Numbered from the stretch's first letter, positions 38,271 to 52,879 are shown. The stretch: 64,000 bases of DNA from Octopus sinensis (GCF_006345805.1 NC_043002.1:94798001-94862000), one strand, 5' to 3'. Notes: a model not told the origin generated them from the letters alone. Program-made: numbers and translations.

Positions 38271-39149
38271 CATGATTTATTGTAAATTATGTGAAGGCAC
38301 GTAGCCTAGTGGTTAGGGTGTTTGATACATGATTCTAAAGTCGTGAGTTAATTTCCAGGGTCAGATGATGTGAGGTATCCTTAAGTAAAACACTTCATTT
38401 CATGTTGCTCCAGTATACTTGACTGAAAGTGAGTGTCGGTCTAGCGCTGGTACAGATCTCTCACTCCTCGCTTCATGTTCTGCTAGGTCAAAGTGTGAGA
38501 AAGCCAAGAGGGTGTATGCGTCTGTTTGTGACTATTCAGGCACCTAGAGCAATTAGCAATAGCATAGTACTTGTTACCAAGTCATACTTGCTTGTGAGTG
38601 ATGGCTATGGGATTTTTTTTTTTTTTAATAACTAATATGTGTCTGGTATACTGAAAGCTAAAGTGATATATGCTGATTATCAAAACAAAGAATGATAAAG
38701 AAAACTACAATGAAGCCACTTTGAAGCTGATATTGAAGATATAAATTTTTTTTTTTAACACAGTATTTATTACAGTGAAATTTGGAAATGTGCCAGAACC
38801 ATCTCAACAGATCTTGGTAAACTTTGAATAACATGAAAAGATTCTTGACAAAAACTCAGTTATTTATTCTCCTTACAAGTCTATTTTTCTCTGCCAACTA
38901 AACTTCTATTGTTACATTTTAATTGAGACACATGTGTGTATGCACACGCATACATGCATGCACATGTATACACACATGTACAGACAATCCAAAGGCTATA
39001 GATATTAAGAAGAAAAGAACAAGTAATTTTGTATAAGAAGTAGGGTGATGTTAATGTGGTAGCAGATGGTGATGAAAGTATTTGGATAGACCAATTAATG
39101 AGCTTTGATCAAACCATTGATTAGTTAGCTAGCTGATTGATGATAATAA

Positions 39150-40160
39150 TCCTTATTTTGGTACAAGGCCAGCAATTTTGAAGGGTGGGTAAGTTGATTA
39201 GATCAACAACCACCACCAGTACTCATCTGGTACTTAGTTTGCCTGTCATTCTTTTGGGATTGATAAAGTAGATTTCAGTAGCATTTGAACCCTGAATGTA
39301 AAGCCACAAGAAATGCCACTAAGCATTTTGTCCTGTGTGTGAACAGTTCTACCAGCTTGCTGCCTTAGTAGTAGCAGTAGTAGTAGTAGTAGTAGTAGTA
39401 ATCCTTTCTACCATAGGCACAAGGCCTGGAATTTTGTGGGAGGGGACTAGTCGATTACATCAAACCCAGTGTTCAACTGGTACTTATTTTATTGACCCTG
39501 AAAGGATGAAAAGCAAAGTTGACCTCAGCAGAATTTGAACTCAGAATGTAAAGGTAGACGAAATGCTGTTAAGCATTTTGCCTAGCATGCTAATCATTCT
39601 GCCAGCTCACCGCCGTAGTAATAATAATAATGATAATTTCAAATGTTTGCCACAAGGGCTGCTTGGGGTAGGGGATTAAGTCGATTACATCAGCCTCAGT
39701 GTTTCACTGGTACTTAATTTATTGACCCCAAAAGGATGAAAGGCAAAGTCGACCTCACCAAAATTTGAACTCAGGAGGTGTGGATGGACAAAATGCTGCT
39801 GAGCAGTTTGTCTGGTGTGCTAACGATACTGCTAGCTCACTGCTGTAATAGTAATGATGATAATAATAATAATAATAATTTCGAATTTTGTCGCCGAGCC
39901 AGCAGTAATAGTAATAGTAATAATAATGACTTCAAATTTTGACATGGGACCAACAGTTTTTTTAAATTTAATTTTTTTGAAGGGAGTGGGAAGATCACAT
40001 CAACTCCAGTATTTGACTGCTACTTATTTTATTGATCCTGAAAGAATGAAAGGAAAAGTCAACTGCAGCAGAATTTGAACTCAGAACATAAAGACAGACA
40101 AAATGTCACTAAGTATTTGCCCAGTATGCTAACAGTTCTGCCAGCTTGCCACCTTAGTAG
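39150..40160 (-). mobile_element. Tandem array of four SINE C copies separated by (TAG)n/(TAA)n
   Basis: Copies at about 39150-39368, 39400-39617, 39635-39846 and 39930-40157. Confidence 0.85.
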
Positions 40161-40723
40161 TAGTAGTAATGATAATAAAAAGAAGCAGAATGTTACCAAT
40201 GCATGTCTTTTTATTAGCAAAATGATGCTTCCAAGGTACAATGACATGATTTGGCACATAATATCACATCATGATTCTTCTGTCACTGCTTTGATAAGTA
40301 CAGCAATGTGTATGCTCTTCTCATGAAACTGTAAGACTGTACATACTTTGAGTTGTCTCCCATAACGAAATGCTTAAGATAATGTTAGCATTAGCTAATG
40401 TCCTTACTCCTCTCACTGCACAGTTGCTTTACATTGCCTTTTTAATTCTCCTTGCATTGAATATGTTATCAAACTTTGTTTTAAATGTTTGATAGATCTG
40501 TTCCTGCATAAATATAACAGGATTAGACTCCTGCTTATCTAGTTTTTTTTTTTACCTGGGAAATATAACGCATCTCATTTTCTTATCTAAAATGAAGTGT
40601 AAAATAGGGAGCATCTAGTTCTCTTATCTACAGTGAAGATCTAAGATAAGCTCAAAATCTATAGAAAGCGTTTTATGCAGGATTTTAGATAAAATCCTTT
40701 TCTAAACTAGAATTGTAGGAGTA

Positions 40724-41236
40724 CCATAAATCCTCGAGTATAGTCCGCCCTTGAGTATATTACGCAGGGCGATTTTTAGGGGGCTGTACCTCTGAAAAAC
40801 CTAAACCTTGTGTATAATACACACCCCTTCTCCAACTTGAGTCAAGGAGCTCTATATTATGTCCTTGGTTTGTAAAAATGTATATGGTAACATCCTTTAT
40901 TATTATTGTATATATAAGATAATGCAAACGTGTAGCTTTTTTGTGCATTTTGTTTGCAGAAAATAAAGAAATAACGGTAATAACGTTTAATAAATGTTGC
41001 TTATTGCAAGTTATGGATGATTCTTTTATGACTTCATTGCTTTCAGGCTTAGCTTAAGATATTTTCGCGCCTGATATCACAAAATGCGTCTGAATAAACA
41101 TTGCCGGACAGCAAATAGAGACTCAGACATTGCTTAGAAAATATTTTTCATTTTTAACCTTGTATATAGTATGCACTAGGGATTTTGACCGTTAAATTTT
41201 GGGAAAAAAATGCGGATTATACTTGAGGATTTATGG
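40724..41236. mobile_element. Tc1/mariner-pogo type MITE
   Basis: TA|ccataaatcctcgagtata ... tatacttgaggatttatgg|TA. Confidence 0.8.
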
Positions 41237-41327
41237 TACTGATCTGGCATACTATGCACCAGTCCTCTCCATCTGTCACAGCTGCATGCCAGACATTGGA
41301 CCATTGCTAATCATATACCTGTTATTT

Positions 41328-41555
41328 TTAACCCTTTAACATTCAGATTACTCTATCAAATGTAATACTTATTGATTCACATTGTTTTGAATTAATCTTG
41401 CATTAGCTTACAGCTTCAAGATTTTAATGTTGTAATTATTCATTTTTTAGATGACATTATAGGATAGGTGTGAGAGGTTAGATCTAACTGGTTTGTGCGT
41501 AAAAGAGATGGAATATATGGGCTAGATATGGCCAGTTTAAATGCTAAAGGGTTAA
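41328..41555 (+). mobile_element. piggyBac-like MITE (family 3)
   Basis: TTAA-ccctttaacatt ... aatgctaaaggg-TTAA. Confidence 0.85.
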
Positions 41556-42039
41556 TGTTATCTGTCCATTTTTTACCTCTGTGAAGGATGGATTTTTGCA
41601 AGGCTGTGTCTTGTTACATGACCTTATTATTCCATTGTTCTTTTGTCCACTATTATGTGATAGTCTTTAAGTGACAAGATAAGCTTGCAAATAATTGTGA
41701 AAATATCAGTCACCATCTCTCCTCCATGCTTCCGCAGTTTAGCAGGGATGTTGTAATGTTATTAACTCCTAATAACTTTCTGGTTTTCAGTGATTTTACT
41801 GCAGCTTTGAACTTCTTGCTTGATTAGGTAGGCATCTTCATTTACTATAATTAGTGTAGAACACATGAATTAAGTACTAAACAAAATAATGAAAAACGAA
41901 ACCGTACAATATAATTAACATAAATTCATTAATAGACATTAATTGCCAACAATCTGTTGCAGTTGAACTTTCCCAGTGGACTAAGTCTCTGGAGTAAATA
42001 GCTTTCACTTCACAAAAAATTCTTTGCATTTGTTCCACA

Positions 42040-42205
42040 AGGTGCAGGCGTGGTTTTGTGGTAAGAAGCTTGCTTCCCAACCACATGGTTCTGGGTTCAG
42101 TCCCACTGCATGACACCTTGGGCAAATATCTTCTACTCTAGTCTTGGGTCAACCAAAGCCTTGTGAGTGGATTTGGTAGATGGAAACTTAAAGAAGCCAG
42201 TCATG
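42040..42205 (+). mobile_element. SINE family A 5' half; the 3' half resumes at ~43110-43295 after a Helitron insertion
   Basis: Head at 42040 and tail at 43110, interrupted in the central TA microsatellite. Confidence 0.8.
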
Positions 42206-42243
42206 TGTGTGTATGTGTGTGTATATATATATATATATATATA

Positions 42244-43089
42244 CGAGCAAAATGCCCCCTGTCCAATGGACGGTACTGAGTTGTTAAATATTTAAACCAA
42301 ATTTTCTCAAAACAATTTGTCCGACTGTTCCATAGGCCTCCCCTTTAAGAAACACTGATTTAACCTAAATTTCAGACACCAGCAAAAGAAGAAACAAAGA
42401 TAGACTTTTTTTCTATTCCAAAGAAAAACGATTTTATTCACACAAATATGCAACCGAAGAGTTTAAAGTACCAGTAATGATAAGGCTGTTGACTGGGAGA
42501 ACACAAACATGATTTAAACAGTAAGCTTGGCAGGAAAGAAACGTGCCTTTTAAGCAGTACAAAAACAGCAAAAAATGGAAGGTGCAGTTAAGTACAGGGT
42601 GACAGAAGAAAAGCAGTACAAAAACAGCAAAAAATGGAAGGTGCAGTTAAGTACAGGGTGACAGAAGAAAAGCAGGACAAAAACAATGCATGCAAATGGG
42701 TTTGCCGGAGGTAAATCTAGATGGAAAAGCATGATGAATTTATGAGAATGTACCTAGGACAATAATAAGTTTATCTGATAAAACATGTAGGAAATCAACT
42801 TGGGGTGATTTTTGATGAAAAGCAACAACTTGGGGAACTAAGTAACTAATTTTAAGCTAACTTACTTTACGGGATGTTCAAGGGCAAGGAAAGGCTAGTG
42901 GCAACAGCTGATGTATTTGCATGTACAAATGCGCATTCTCACCTGGAATCGATTTTTGTAATTTTTTGAAGACTTATACATGCCCTGATACCGTTGGTAT
43001 CCACATATCAAATTTGGGCGCAATCGGATGGAGGATGCCCGAGATCCTAGAAGACACACACACAGACAGAACGGATTTTATATAATAGA
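42244..43089 (-). mobile_element. Non-autonomous Helitron with an internal 59-bp tandem repeat (42552-42685)
   Basis: Minus-strand 5' TCtattatataaaa; 3' hairpin ctgtccaatggacgg next to a degenerate CTAG. Confidence 0.65.
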
Positions 43090-43344
43090 TATATAGACAT
43101 ATATATGTATTTATGTGTGTGTCTTTGTGTCTGTTTTTTCCCCCAACCATTGCTTGACAATTGGTGTTGTTGTGTTTACATCCCTGTAACTTAGTAGTTC
43201 AGCAAAAGAGACCGATAAAATAAGTCCTGGTGTTTTTTTTTCTGTGGCTAAAAACTCTTTAAGGTGGTGTTCCAGCATGGCCACAGTCTGAAACAAATAA
43301 CTGAATAAAAATAAATAATTATCTAAATTGACAGATAAATAAAA

Positions 43345-43484
43345 TAGGCACAAGCATGATTGCGTGGTAATGATGTTCGCTTTGCAGAAACATGTGTTCA
43401 AGTTCAGTCCTACGGTGCAGCGTCCTGGGATAATTAATGTTTTGTGGGTGAATTTGGTAAGCAGAAACTGTGTAGAAGCCATTC

Positions 43485-43516
<32 letters not shown>

Positions 43517-43725
43517 TTGTGTGTTGTGTTTTGTGTGTGTCTTTGTGAATGTACTTGTCCCCTCCCACCACTTGACAGTCAGTGTTGGTTTGTTTATGTT
43601 CCCATAACACTGTGATTTGATTAATGTCAGACTCTAAAAGAAAAAAAAAAACCTGTTCTTGGGTCTATATGTTTGACTAAGATCTTTCAAAGTAGTGCCC
43701 CAGCATGGCCGCAGATCAATGACTA
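43345..43725 (+). mobile_element. SINE family A, old copy
   Basis: Diverged head and tail. Confidence 0.7.
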
Positions 43726-44121
43726 AAAAAAAAAAAAAAAAAAAAACGTTTGTTTCCTTTAATGGATACAGCTATAAGACTGTAGCAGTGCTGTGGCACT
43801 CCCTTCAAAGCTTTTAATCTTTATTTTGATCTTAAGACTTAATTCAGTCTGAGTTGTGTATTTTTGTCTTGTTTTCTTCTTTTGTCGTTAATTTCATTGA
43901 GAGGTAATTTGACACACACACACACACACCTGTGGGTGTTTTTGCATTTTCATCTCTTTATGTCAAATACAAAGACTTCTGCATAGTTTTCCGGTTAGAA
44001 AATTTCAACTCACAAGCTTATTGGCCAGCTGTAGGTTATGGATAGACCAACAATCTATGAGTGGGAGTGATGTGGTTGAGTAATAAACTTCCTAATTATG
44101 CAGCTATGCTGTGTGTTTGTG

Positions 44122-44540
44122 GGATCTTTTCCGTTTGAACGGCAGTTTGTAACATAATTTGTAGGTAACTAAAAAATTCTAAACTTCGTATACTGGTAGA
44201 ATGTGTTTATAAAATATCTTTTTCTCTTGGCTTTATTGATAAAATTCTATAGTTTGTAAGATATTTGTTGTTTATTCCTTCAATTTCTGCAATTTCAACC
44301 AATCACTGACGTCTATTGAGGTAAAAAAAAACATTCTGTGCCGTATGAATATGTCTCTCGTTTAAGAAACAGATTGGGTTTATTTACATTTGTGAAGAAA
44401 AAAAGATACCCTTCCCCCCACCCCCACCCCTAACCCTAAAACAGATTGAAATGCAATAGGTCGATACTAGGGTCATAATTATGGGTGACAATTTCATATG
44501 ACACCGCTAGAAAAAACTGCCGTTCAAACCGAAAAGATCC
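44122..44540 (-). mobile_element. MITE family 1
   Basis: TIRs intact; 9-bp TSD gtgtttgtg/atgtttgtg. Confidence 0.9.
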
Positions 44541-44559
44541 ATGTTTGTGTGTGTGTTCT

Positions 44560-44928
44560 TTTTTTTGTTTCAGTCATATGGTTGCAGCCATGCTGGAGCA
44601 CCGCCTTGAAGGGCTCTAGTTGAACAAATAGACCCAGGACTTATTTCTTAAGCCTAGTGCTTATTCTATCAGTCTCTTTTGCTGAACTGGTTAGTTACGG
44701 GAGCTGTGGACACACTGACACTGGTTGTCAAGTGGTGATGGGGGGACAAACGCACACACAAAGACACACACACACATGTATGTATCTATGACAGGCTTCT
44801 TTCAGTTTCTGTCTACCAAATCCACTCGCAAGACTTTGGTCAGCCTGAGGCTACAGTAGAAGTTTCTTGCCCAAGGTGCCATACAGTGTGCTTGAACCTA
44901 TGTGGTTGGGATGCAAACTTCTTATCAC
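44560..44928 (-). mobile_element. SINE family A
   Basis: Reverse-complement match. Confidence 0.85.
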
Positions 44929-45012
44929 ACACACGCACACGCACACGCACACGCACACACACACACGTACACACACACACGTACATACACACACACACAC
45001 ACACACACATAC

Positions 45013-45061
<49 letters not shown>

Positions 45062-45100
45062 TACATACATACATACATACATACATACATACATACATGT
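44925..45100. repeat. Compound (CA)n/(CATA)n microsatellite
   Basis: Direct inspection. Confidence 0.95.
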
Positions 45101-46665
45101 ATCTATGTATTTGTGTAAATGTGTTGTATTTTTATGTATGCATATAATATTTATTGACAACTTTTTTATTATTGGTGCTGTTATTTTTGTTTACTTATAA
45201 GTTTTTTTCTTTATATACTTGACAGTTTACAATATTTTAATGTGAAATTATGTACTATATTTTGGTTGTCATACATCGGCTCTGTTTTTTTTTTTTTTTT
45301 TTAAATTCCCATTGCTGCAGCAGTTGAATCTTTTACTTGTTTCAGTCATGAAACGGTGGCCATGCTGGAACACTACTTTGAATGATTTTTGTCAAACAGA
45401 TCAGCCCTGCTACTTTTTTTTTTTTCCTTGAAGCCAAGTACTTATTGTATCAGTCTCTTTTACCAAACTGCTATCCTATCTCAATCTCTTGGTCATCTAT
45501 TATGGTATGCTGAAGAAACATTGGTTCTGTTATTTGACATGCTGGTACCCCTCACAGTGCTAAAGCAATGTGAAATAAAGTGTTTCGTTTAAAAACACAT
45601 CACAACACGACACACCGCCTGGTTTTGGAAGTGAACCCACAATCAAGTGATTGTGAGTGCAACATCCTAACCATTAGGCCACAAGCCTTCTCTGGTTCAC
45701 ATTTTATGTCAGGCTCTTCTTTATCTTTTATTTACCATAGTCTATTAATAAACAATAATAAACCAATGCTAGGTTAGTGACTATAGCACTCTTTCATTTA
45801 GAGAAGGATTTTAAAAAGTCTGTGTTTAAAAATGACAGCAATCTATTTTTAGTATATCAAAAACTTGTTTCTTGTGGGTGGGGCATATTTGTGAAAGAGG
45901 TTACTTCTGTCACGCTAACAAAATTTTATGAAGGTTTGAAGCCTAGTTGTTAAAATGTTGCACTTGCAATAGTCATAACTTGGGTTCAGTTCTCAGATTA
46001 AGCGGCCCTTGAGCAAAATGCTTAATTTCATATTGTTCCAATCCACTCTTCTGAAAATGAGTACCAGTGTCAGACTGGTGTCCTTGTAACAGACTGGCAT
46101 TTCATTCAGGTGAATGAAGCCTTGTACTCCTGGTCAATTCAGATAAGCTTTAGTCTCATGAGCCTGTAGACTCAAGGCAGAAAAGAGATTCTTCCATTTT
46201 TGTCTTTTGCTTTTTCTTTACAGGAATTATATTGAACATAGTTTTAAAACTTAAGAAACTTTATGAAGTAAATGCTCTTTGTTTTCTTTGTCAGTACATA
46301 TTTGTCTTTTTAGAAGGATCATGAGAGTAGGGTCGCCAATTAAAAAAAAAATGTCTGGTATTAATTTGTAGAAATGATGTATCTGTTGCTTCTAAAATGA
46401 CCAACAACCTACAAAACTTGCCATTAAATAAACTAATTCCAATTCACTACTGCAGGTAAAGTAGATAATGTATAACAAACAGCTGTTCTATTGGCATAGT
46501 GTAGTATTACACTTAGTGTTGAGAGCAAAACTGGTTTGGAAAAATTCTGCCACATCTATTTGGGTGGGTTTATGAAATATATCTAGTAAAAAGATTTAGT
46601 TCCAAATAGAATCAAGCATTAGTCTTGGTCAACCTAGCTACCCCAAACTTCACCTTGCTCTAGGT

Positions 46666-46974
46666 TCACCTTGTTTGTTCCTTCTCAAGCCATGCCTGGT
46701 TCATAAGGGCCGGTTTCCCGGTTTCTTGGCGTATAGGTTCCCCACCTGGACAAGATGCCGGTCCATTGCAGGTGAGCTGCAAGATGCAGGAGGAAAGAGT
46801 GAGAGAAAGTTGTGGCAAAATAGTCAGCAGAAGTTTCGCCATTACCTTCTGCCGGAGCCGCACGGAGCTTAGGTGTTTCGCTCATAAACACACACATCGC
46901 CCGGTCTGAGATTCGAACCCGTGATCCCTCGACCGTGAGTCTGCTACTCTAACCACTTGGCCATGTACCTCCAC
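46666..46974 (-). mobile_element. SINE family D, tail variant 3
   Basis: Reverse complement gtggaggtacatggccaagtggttagag...gagcgaaacacctaagctcc. Confidence 0.85.
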
Positions 46975-47066
46975 AGACTCATCTTGCCCTCAAACTTATA
47001 AATAATTCAGATATTTTTCAGAACATGAACATCATCATCAAAGGCATTTTTGTTATTTATATAAAG

Positions 47067-47286
47067 AATCCTTTCTACTATAGGCACAAGGGCTGAAATT
47101 TTGGGTGAAGGGGGATAGTTGATTACATTGATCCATCACCATTACTTGAATGGTATTTTATCGAGTCTGGATGGATGAAAGGCAAAATTGCCCTTGACAG
47201 AAATTTTGAACTCAGAATGTAAAGATGGACAAAATACTGTTTAACATTTTACCTGGTGTGCTAATGATTCTGCCAGCTCACTGCTT
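47067..47286 (-). mobile_element. SINE family C, diverged
   Basis: Matches the 39400 copy. Confidence 0.8.
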
Positions 47287-48831
47287 TATTTATATAAGTG
47301 ATGCTGAAAAATTTGCTCAGAGTGCCTTCTGCATGAAGAACATGTTAAGAATAAGTTAATATAGTATTGTGAACACTGATGATTTTCTTCTCATTACAGG
47401 TTTAATTTAAGTTGGCTTCAAAATATTTTTGGCTTACTACATTAAACATATTTTTATATGGTTATTTATAGAAGTAGATTGATACAATATCTCTCAGGTT
47501 TTTTTACTGAATAATTTTCTGCCTTTCATTAGTTCAATTTATTTTATTTATTTTTGTATTAATGGTTTCATTGAAGCATTATTTTCCAATATTCTAGCAA
47601 TAACCATTAGATATGAAGTAGATGAGCTAGCAGATAAACTTCACAAAATCAGTGTTTTATGTTATACATTTTAATCTCTTTTTATCTATTTATTCCAAGT
47701 AAAAATTCATAAACCTGATAATGTTGGCATTATTTTGTTTTTAGTTACTCGAAAGGCAGATTTAACAAGCAAAAATTCCATATTAAATACATTGTATTTT
47801 TAAATGGAAAGAAAATATATATAAACAAGAAGCTATTTTTGAAACATATTCTATTTAGCAATAAAAATAGCATTCATTAAAAGTTTTGATTCTTACATTT
47901 TCTACTTATTATAAAACATGTGAACGAAAATGTAACAAAAATGGATAAACAAAACATTCCTTAAGAACAATTTGTCAAACTTTAAATTCTATTTTAACAG
48001 TTCATTGAAGATTTGTGTTTTAAATCTTTCCCTATCTTTTATTGCCAAGAGCATTGAACAACTGGCTACAAGTTGTTTTGTTTAACTTTTCTGCATCATT
48101 AATTATTGTGATGGAAGCAAATTTTCTCAAAATTGCTGATCAATATTTTATATAGAACGTTGTATGTGAATCTGAAGGGACTGGCGTATTTGGTGTATGT
48201 TTAAATGTATGCATCTTTAGGCATTGTATGTTGTAGGAGGATAAAAATATTTTCCTAGTTGATAAAATTCTATCTTATCATATTTGATTGTCTTTTATCA
48301 CATTTCCCATTGTATAGATGTGCTATTGAGAAAATGAACTTACATTGCAGCTAATTGATTCATATTGATACTACATTTCCACACAATCAGAATACTTTAT
48401 GTTCTATAGAGATTCTTTTACATCAAGGTGTCTATTGAACTCTTAAATAGTTTGTTCTCTGCATGACTACCATTATACAATTAAAGCTTCTCCTTGTCAC
48501 TTTTAATAAAGATTCTATTACATACATTCTGCTTTCCTATAATTGACTTCACTATTGATTTCCAGTTTGCATCTTCTCAAATCTAAACTATTAAGGATCC
48601 AGGCTAATATTTGACTTTTCCTCAATTGAGATATAACATTATCATTACAAATTACATGGTGTATTTGGAAAAAACAAAACAAAACAAAACAAAGCTATTT
48701 TATCACACAAAATATCTTAGACATTAGTGCATAAAAAATACCAAACACATATATTTGTGATGTGTTACTAATAAGCTTTTATCTTATCTCAGTGTATATC
48801 ACTTTTCCTATATTATTTATTATCAACTGCC

Positions 48832-48869
<38 letters not shown>

Positions 48870-49341
48870 CTTTTATTGCACAAAATTACAGTTATGTATA
48901 CAATTAGAACATTTAGCATGTGCCATTCCATTCTGCATGCTACATCGTTTTTATTAGTCCCTAATATTTATCATATTAATACATGACTTTGATTAGACAA
49001 TTATAAGATTTTTTTATACCAAGTATTATTAAATGTTACTCTAGTAAAGTAATTTTTTTTTTATTCTTGTTTAATTAATATCATGATATTTTGCCAAATG
49101 AAGTATTAGTACTGAAAGGTTTTACCTTGTAGATTATACTTAGGATTAGCCTAATTTTTACTTTCTAATTAGCTTGAGACTTATGTCTAGGAAGAAAAGA
49201 TTTCTGAAATTATAGTCCTTATGTTAGTATAATCTCTTTAATATATTCCAGATGTTTTCTAATAATAATAAACCATAAACAATCAATTTCTATACATGAC
49301 GAGTTGTGTGTTGGTATATGCAAAAACATTAGTACAGTAGA

Positions 49342-49531
49342 CAGTATTTCGTCTGTCGCTGTGTTCCGAGTTCAAATTCTGCCGAGGTCCACTTTGCCTT
49401 TCATCCTTTTGGGGGTCGATTTAATAAGTACCGGTTACACACTGGGGTCGATGTAATCGACTTAATCCGTTTGTCTGTCCTTGTTTGTTCCCTCTGTGTA
49501 TAGCCCCTTGTGGGTAGTAAAGAAATAGGTA
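49342..49531 (+). mobile_element. SINE family C (alternative tail)
   Basis: gagttcaaattctgccgaggtccactttgcctttcatcc... Confidence 0.85.
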
Positions 49532-49861
49532 TGTGATTATATAGGTAGAGGTAGAGAGGTAAACGGGCAGAGATAGAGAGGGAGATAGGAAGAGGTAGGT
49601 AGAGGTAGAGAGACAGATTGGCAGAGGAAGAGAAGCAGATATGCAGAGGTAGCAACATAGGTGTAGATATGTCTATTGATAGATATAAGGCAGATAGAAA
49701 AAGACATACAAACACACTCAGATAGTGCATATTCATACCTATATAGTCTTAAAGATCTAAAAATTATTTTGTTTAAATGATAACTGTTGATTATATACTG
49801 CAATTAAGCTAATAGCAAGGCTTAGAGAAATGTTGTGGACGGAAATATAAAAAAATTGAAC

Positions 49862-50437
49862 TTAACCCTTTAGCATTGAAACCAGCCATATCTGGCCTTA
49901 ATATTCTACCTGTTTTGACATTCAAACTAGCCACCTGTAGCCTCTCACTACAATGTCATTTTAAAATTAAACAATCACCTCATTGAAACCTCAAAGCTGT
50001 GAGACAATGCACGATTAATACAAAACAATATGAACTCAGAGAGCATAAACCTCCGCCAAGGCAACACCAACGTCCTCTCAACAATTAGCCAGAGGTGATT
50101 TTTAAAATGAGAATATCTGAAATAAACTTGACTGCTTTCACAAATGAGAATACTAAAAATGAAACTGACCACTCTCAAATTTAACTAAAAAAACAGGTAA
50201 AACAATCCAGAATCCTTGTCCAGTACCAGATCAATCCCAAAATCTTATCAGTTTGTGCCAGTCACGAAGCCAAACATCCTTGAAAGTTTCATCCAAATCC
50301 ATCCAGCGGTTCTTGAGATATCTTGTCCACAGACAAACAAACAAACACAACTGCAAACAATACCTCTGCCTTAGAGAAGGCAGAGGTAACAGGTAAACAT
50401 TACATTTAACAGACTGATCTGAACACTAAAGGGTTAA
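49862..50437 (-). mobile_element. piggyBac-like MITE (family 3) with nested insertion
   Basis: TTAA-ccctttagcatt ... cactaaaggg-TTAA. Confidence 0.8.
50048..50389 (-). mobile_element. Helentron/DINE-1-like non-autonomous element
   Basis: Terminal palindrome tacctctgcctt..aaggcagaggta, adjacent (AAAC)n, matching acctccgccaagg at the other end. Confidence 0.6.
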
Positions 50438-51294
50438 ACAATATTTTTTTATGATTAGAATATTTAGCTTCTGCTATTTCAGTTTTATTAGCCCCTAATA
50501 TCATATTAACACAAGACTTTGATTAGACAATTATAAGATTTTTTATAGTAATTATCATTAAGTGTTGCTCTAGTAATATATATATTATATTTCTGTTCAA
50601 TTAATACCATGATATTTTGCCAAATAAACTAACTTGTCTAACCCATGCCGGCATGGAATGCAGACGCTAAATGATGATGATGATGATTGACTGGTTTTGG
50701 TTTGGACTCTTTGAGTAGATTCTAATCACTGTATCAACCAGACTACTGGATGTTGTTATTACACTGCTAGTCACAATGCACTTCTTCCCATTATTGTAGC
50801 TTTCAAATGATACCACTCTGTTGCTAGGCAACCTGAATGGGACATCAGTCCTTCCCAGGGTTATCCATTTACAGCTGAGTGGACTGGTGCAATATGAAAT
50901 GAAGTGTTTTGTCCAAGAACACTATGCACCACCAGTCTGGGAATTGAAACCATGATTTTGTGATCGTAAGTGCAACACTTTACGAGGCCACACACCTTCA
51001 TATTATCTAATAACCTAAGAAAACATACTGGCTTGTGAAATTCATTTCAGTTTATTTATTTTGATATGTGATGAGCCAATTGTATCCTGTTCTAAAGAGA
51101 TACAACTAATTTAGAAGTGATATAATCATTTTCACACTCTAGTGTGTTTTTGTTATACATTCCAAAAACACTTTTCATTTTGTTCTTGTCCCCCCATGTG
51201 CTTTACCAATATCTTTAACTCCTTCACACTCACATCAGCTTACATCATCTTACATGCACTTTCAAACTTCCTACCTAATGATCACACACACACA

Positions 51295-51343
<49 letters not shown>

Positions 51344-51875
51344 AATGTCTCACTTCCACTCTGACCAGTGCTATTATACTTCCACACTTATTCACAGCTA
51401 ACACACTCTCACTCATATTCACTCACAGCTAACACACTACTCATCCTTATACCTGCTTCTCAACACAGATACACTCTTATACTTGCAGCTGTACGCCTGT
51501 ACCCTTTTTCCTTTTTAACTCCACCCTACAGAACCATATTCCCATCGAGTATCTAACATTTTGAAACAATATTTAAAATGGCATAAGATTAAAATTCAAG
51601 TGTGTGTGAATATATATATATATATACATGAACACTGTATCAACCAGACTATTGGATGCTGTTATTACACTGCTAGTCACAATGCACTTCTTTGCATTGT
51701 TCTTCTTCCCTACCAAGAATTCACAACGACCTCGAACCCACAAGAGTAACCAAGAGAGACAGAGACAGGCAGAAACAAGGAAAATGTCACTTGTATTTGA
51801 ATATTATGCAAATATTCTTTTAAAAAAAAAACTTTTCTTTTAATTTTTCCAAAATTTAATTGTTTTCCATACTTA

Positions 51876-51911
51876 CAGTTGAAAAAGTCTCAATGACTGA
51901 AACCGGTACTG
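51876..51911 (+). ncRNA. Degenerate hammerhead-like motif
   Basis: cag-TTGAAAA-agtc-tcaat-gact-GAAA-ccgg-TA-ctg; stems intact, two core substitutions. Confidence 0.45.
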
Positions 51912-52848
51912 AAATGTTTTTTATAAAATTATTTTAGCATTTTCTATCTTGACCTTTTTTTTCCATATATATATATATATATATTCACAAATGTGGAACA
52001 GCACTAGTTCAAATATTTTGTCTCAGAAAAATTTATCAGAGACACAGGCATGACTGTGTAGGTAAGTTTACCTCCCAGCCACATGGTTCTGGGTTCAGTC
52101 CCACTAGATGACACCTTGTTAGAGGATTTGGTCGATGGAAACTGAAAGAAGCCTATTCTAAATGTGTGTTTCTGTATTTGAATGAGTGTGTGTGTGTTTG
52201 CATCTCCTTGCCTTCACATCACTTGGTAGCTGTAAATGAGTCTTTCTCTATAATACAAGCAGTGTTATTCATATTGATTATTCTGTGAAAACTTGTCTGG
52301 CCATGAGGAAATATACTTTACTTAGAAACAGGTGAGGTTGGCAGCAGGAACGGCATCTGGCTGTAGGAAATATGCCTCAAGAAAAACCTGGAAAAGTAGA
52401 CATGAAAACAATGATGATGACTTGTGAATAAAAAAAAAATACAGCTTTATGCAAAATGTTGGGGGATCGCCAGACCTGGTGTTTCAACTTAATTAGGCCT
52501 TTTCAGTGATGAATACTTGGACTTTCTGAGATAAGCCAAATATGTTTGTTCCAATATAAAAATCATTAAAAAGGCTTTTACTGATTCATGTGAAAGCTAA
52601 CCATATTTACACACGTGCACAAACACTTGTATCATTTGCTTAATGTCCATATATCTCTGCTAATGTGAGATGGACTCTATGAATATGTCATTAAAGCATT
52701 GTTTTACAGCTGAATGCCTTTCTTAATGATAACCATCGGACAAGCTGTTGACAGGGCAAGTGCCAACAACAATATCACTTGAACATCATGTTATTCGAAC
52801 AAGTGGGCACAGATGTAAACAAACACAGATATACACATATATGTTTAC

Positions 52849-52879
<31 letters not shown>

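Noticed and set aside
42552-42685. CRISPR-like repeats (also 9833-10012)
   Set aside because: Head-to-tail minisatellites without unique spacers, inside Helitrons in eukaryotic DNA
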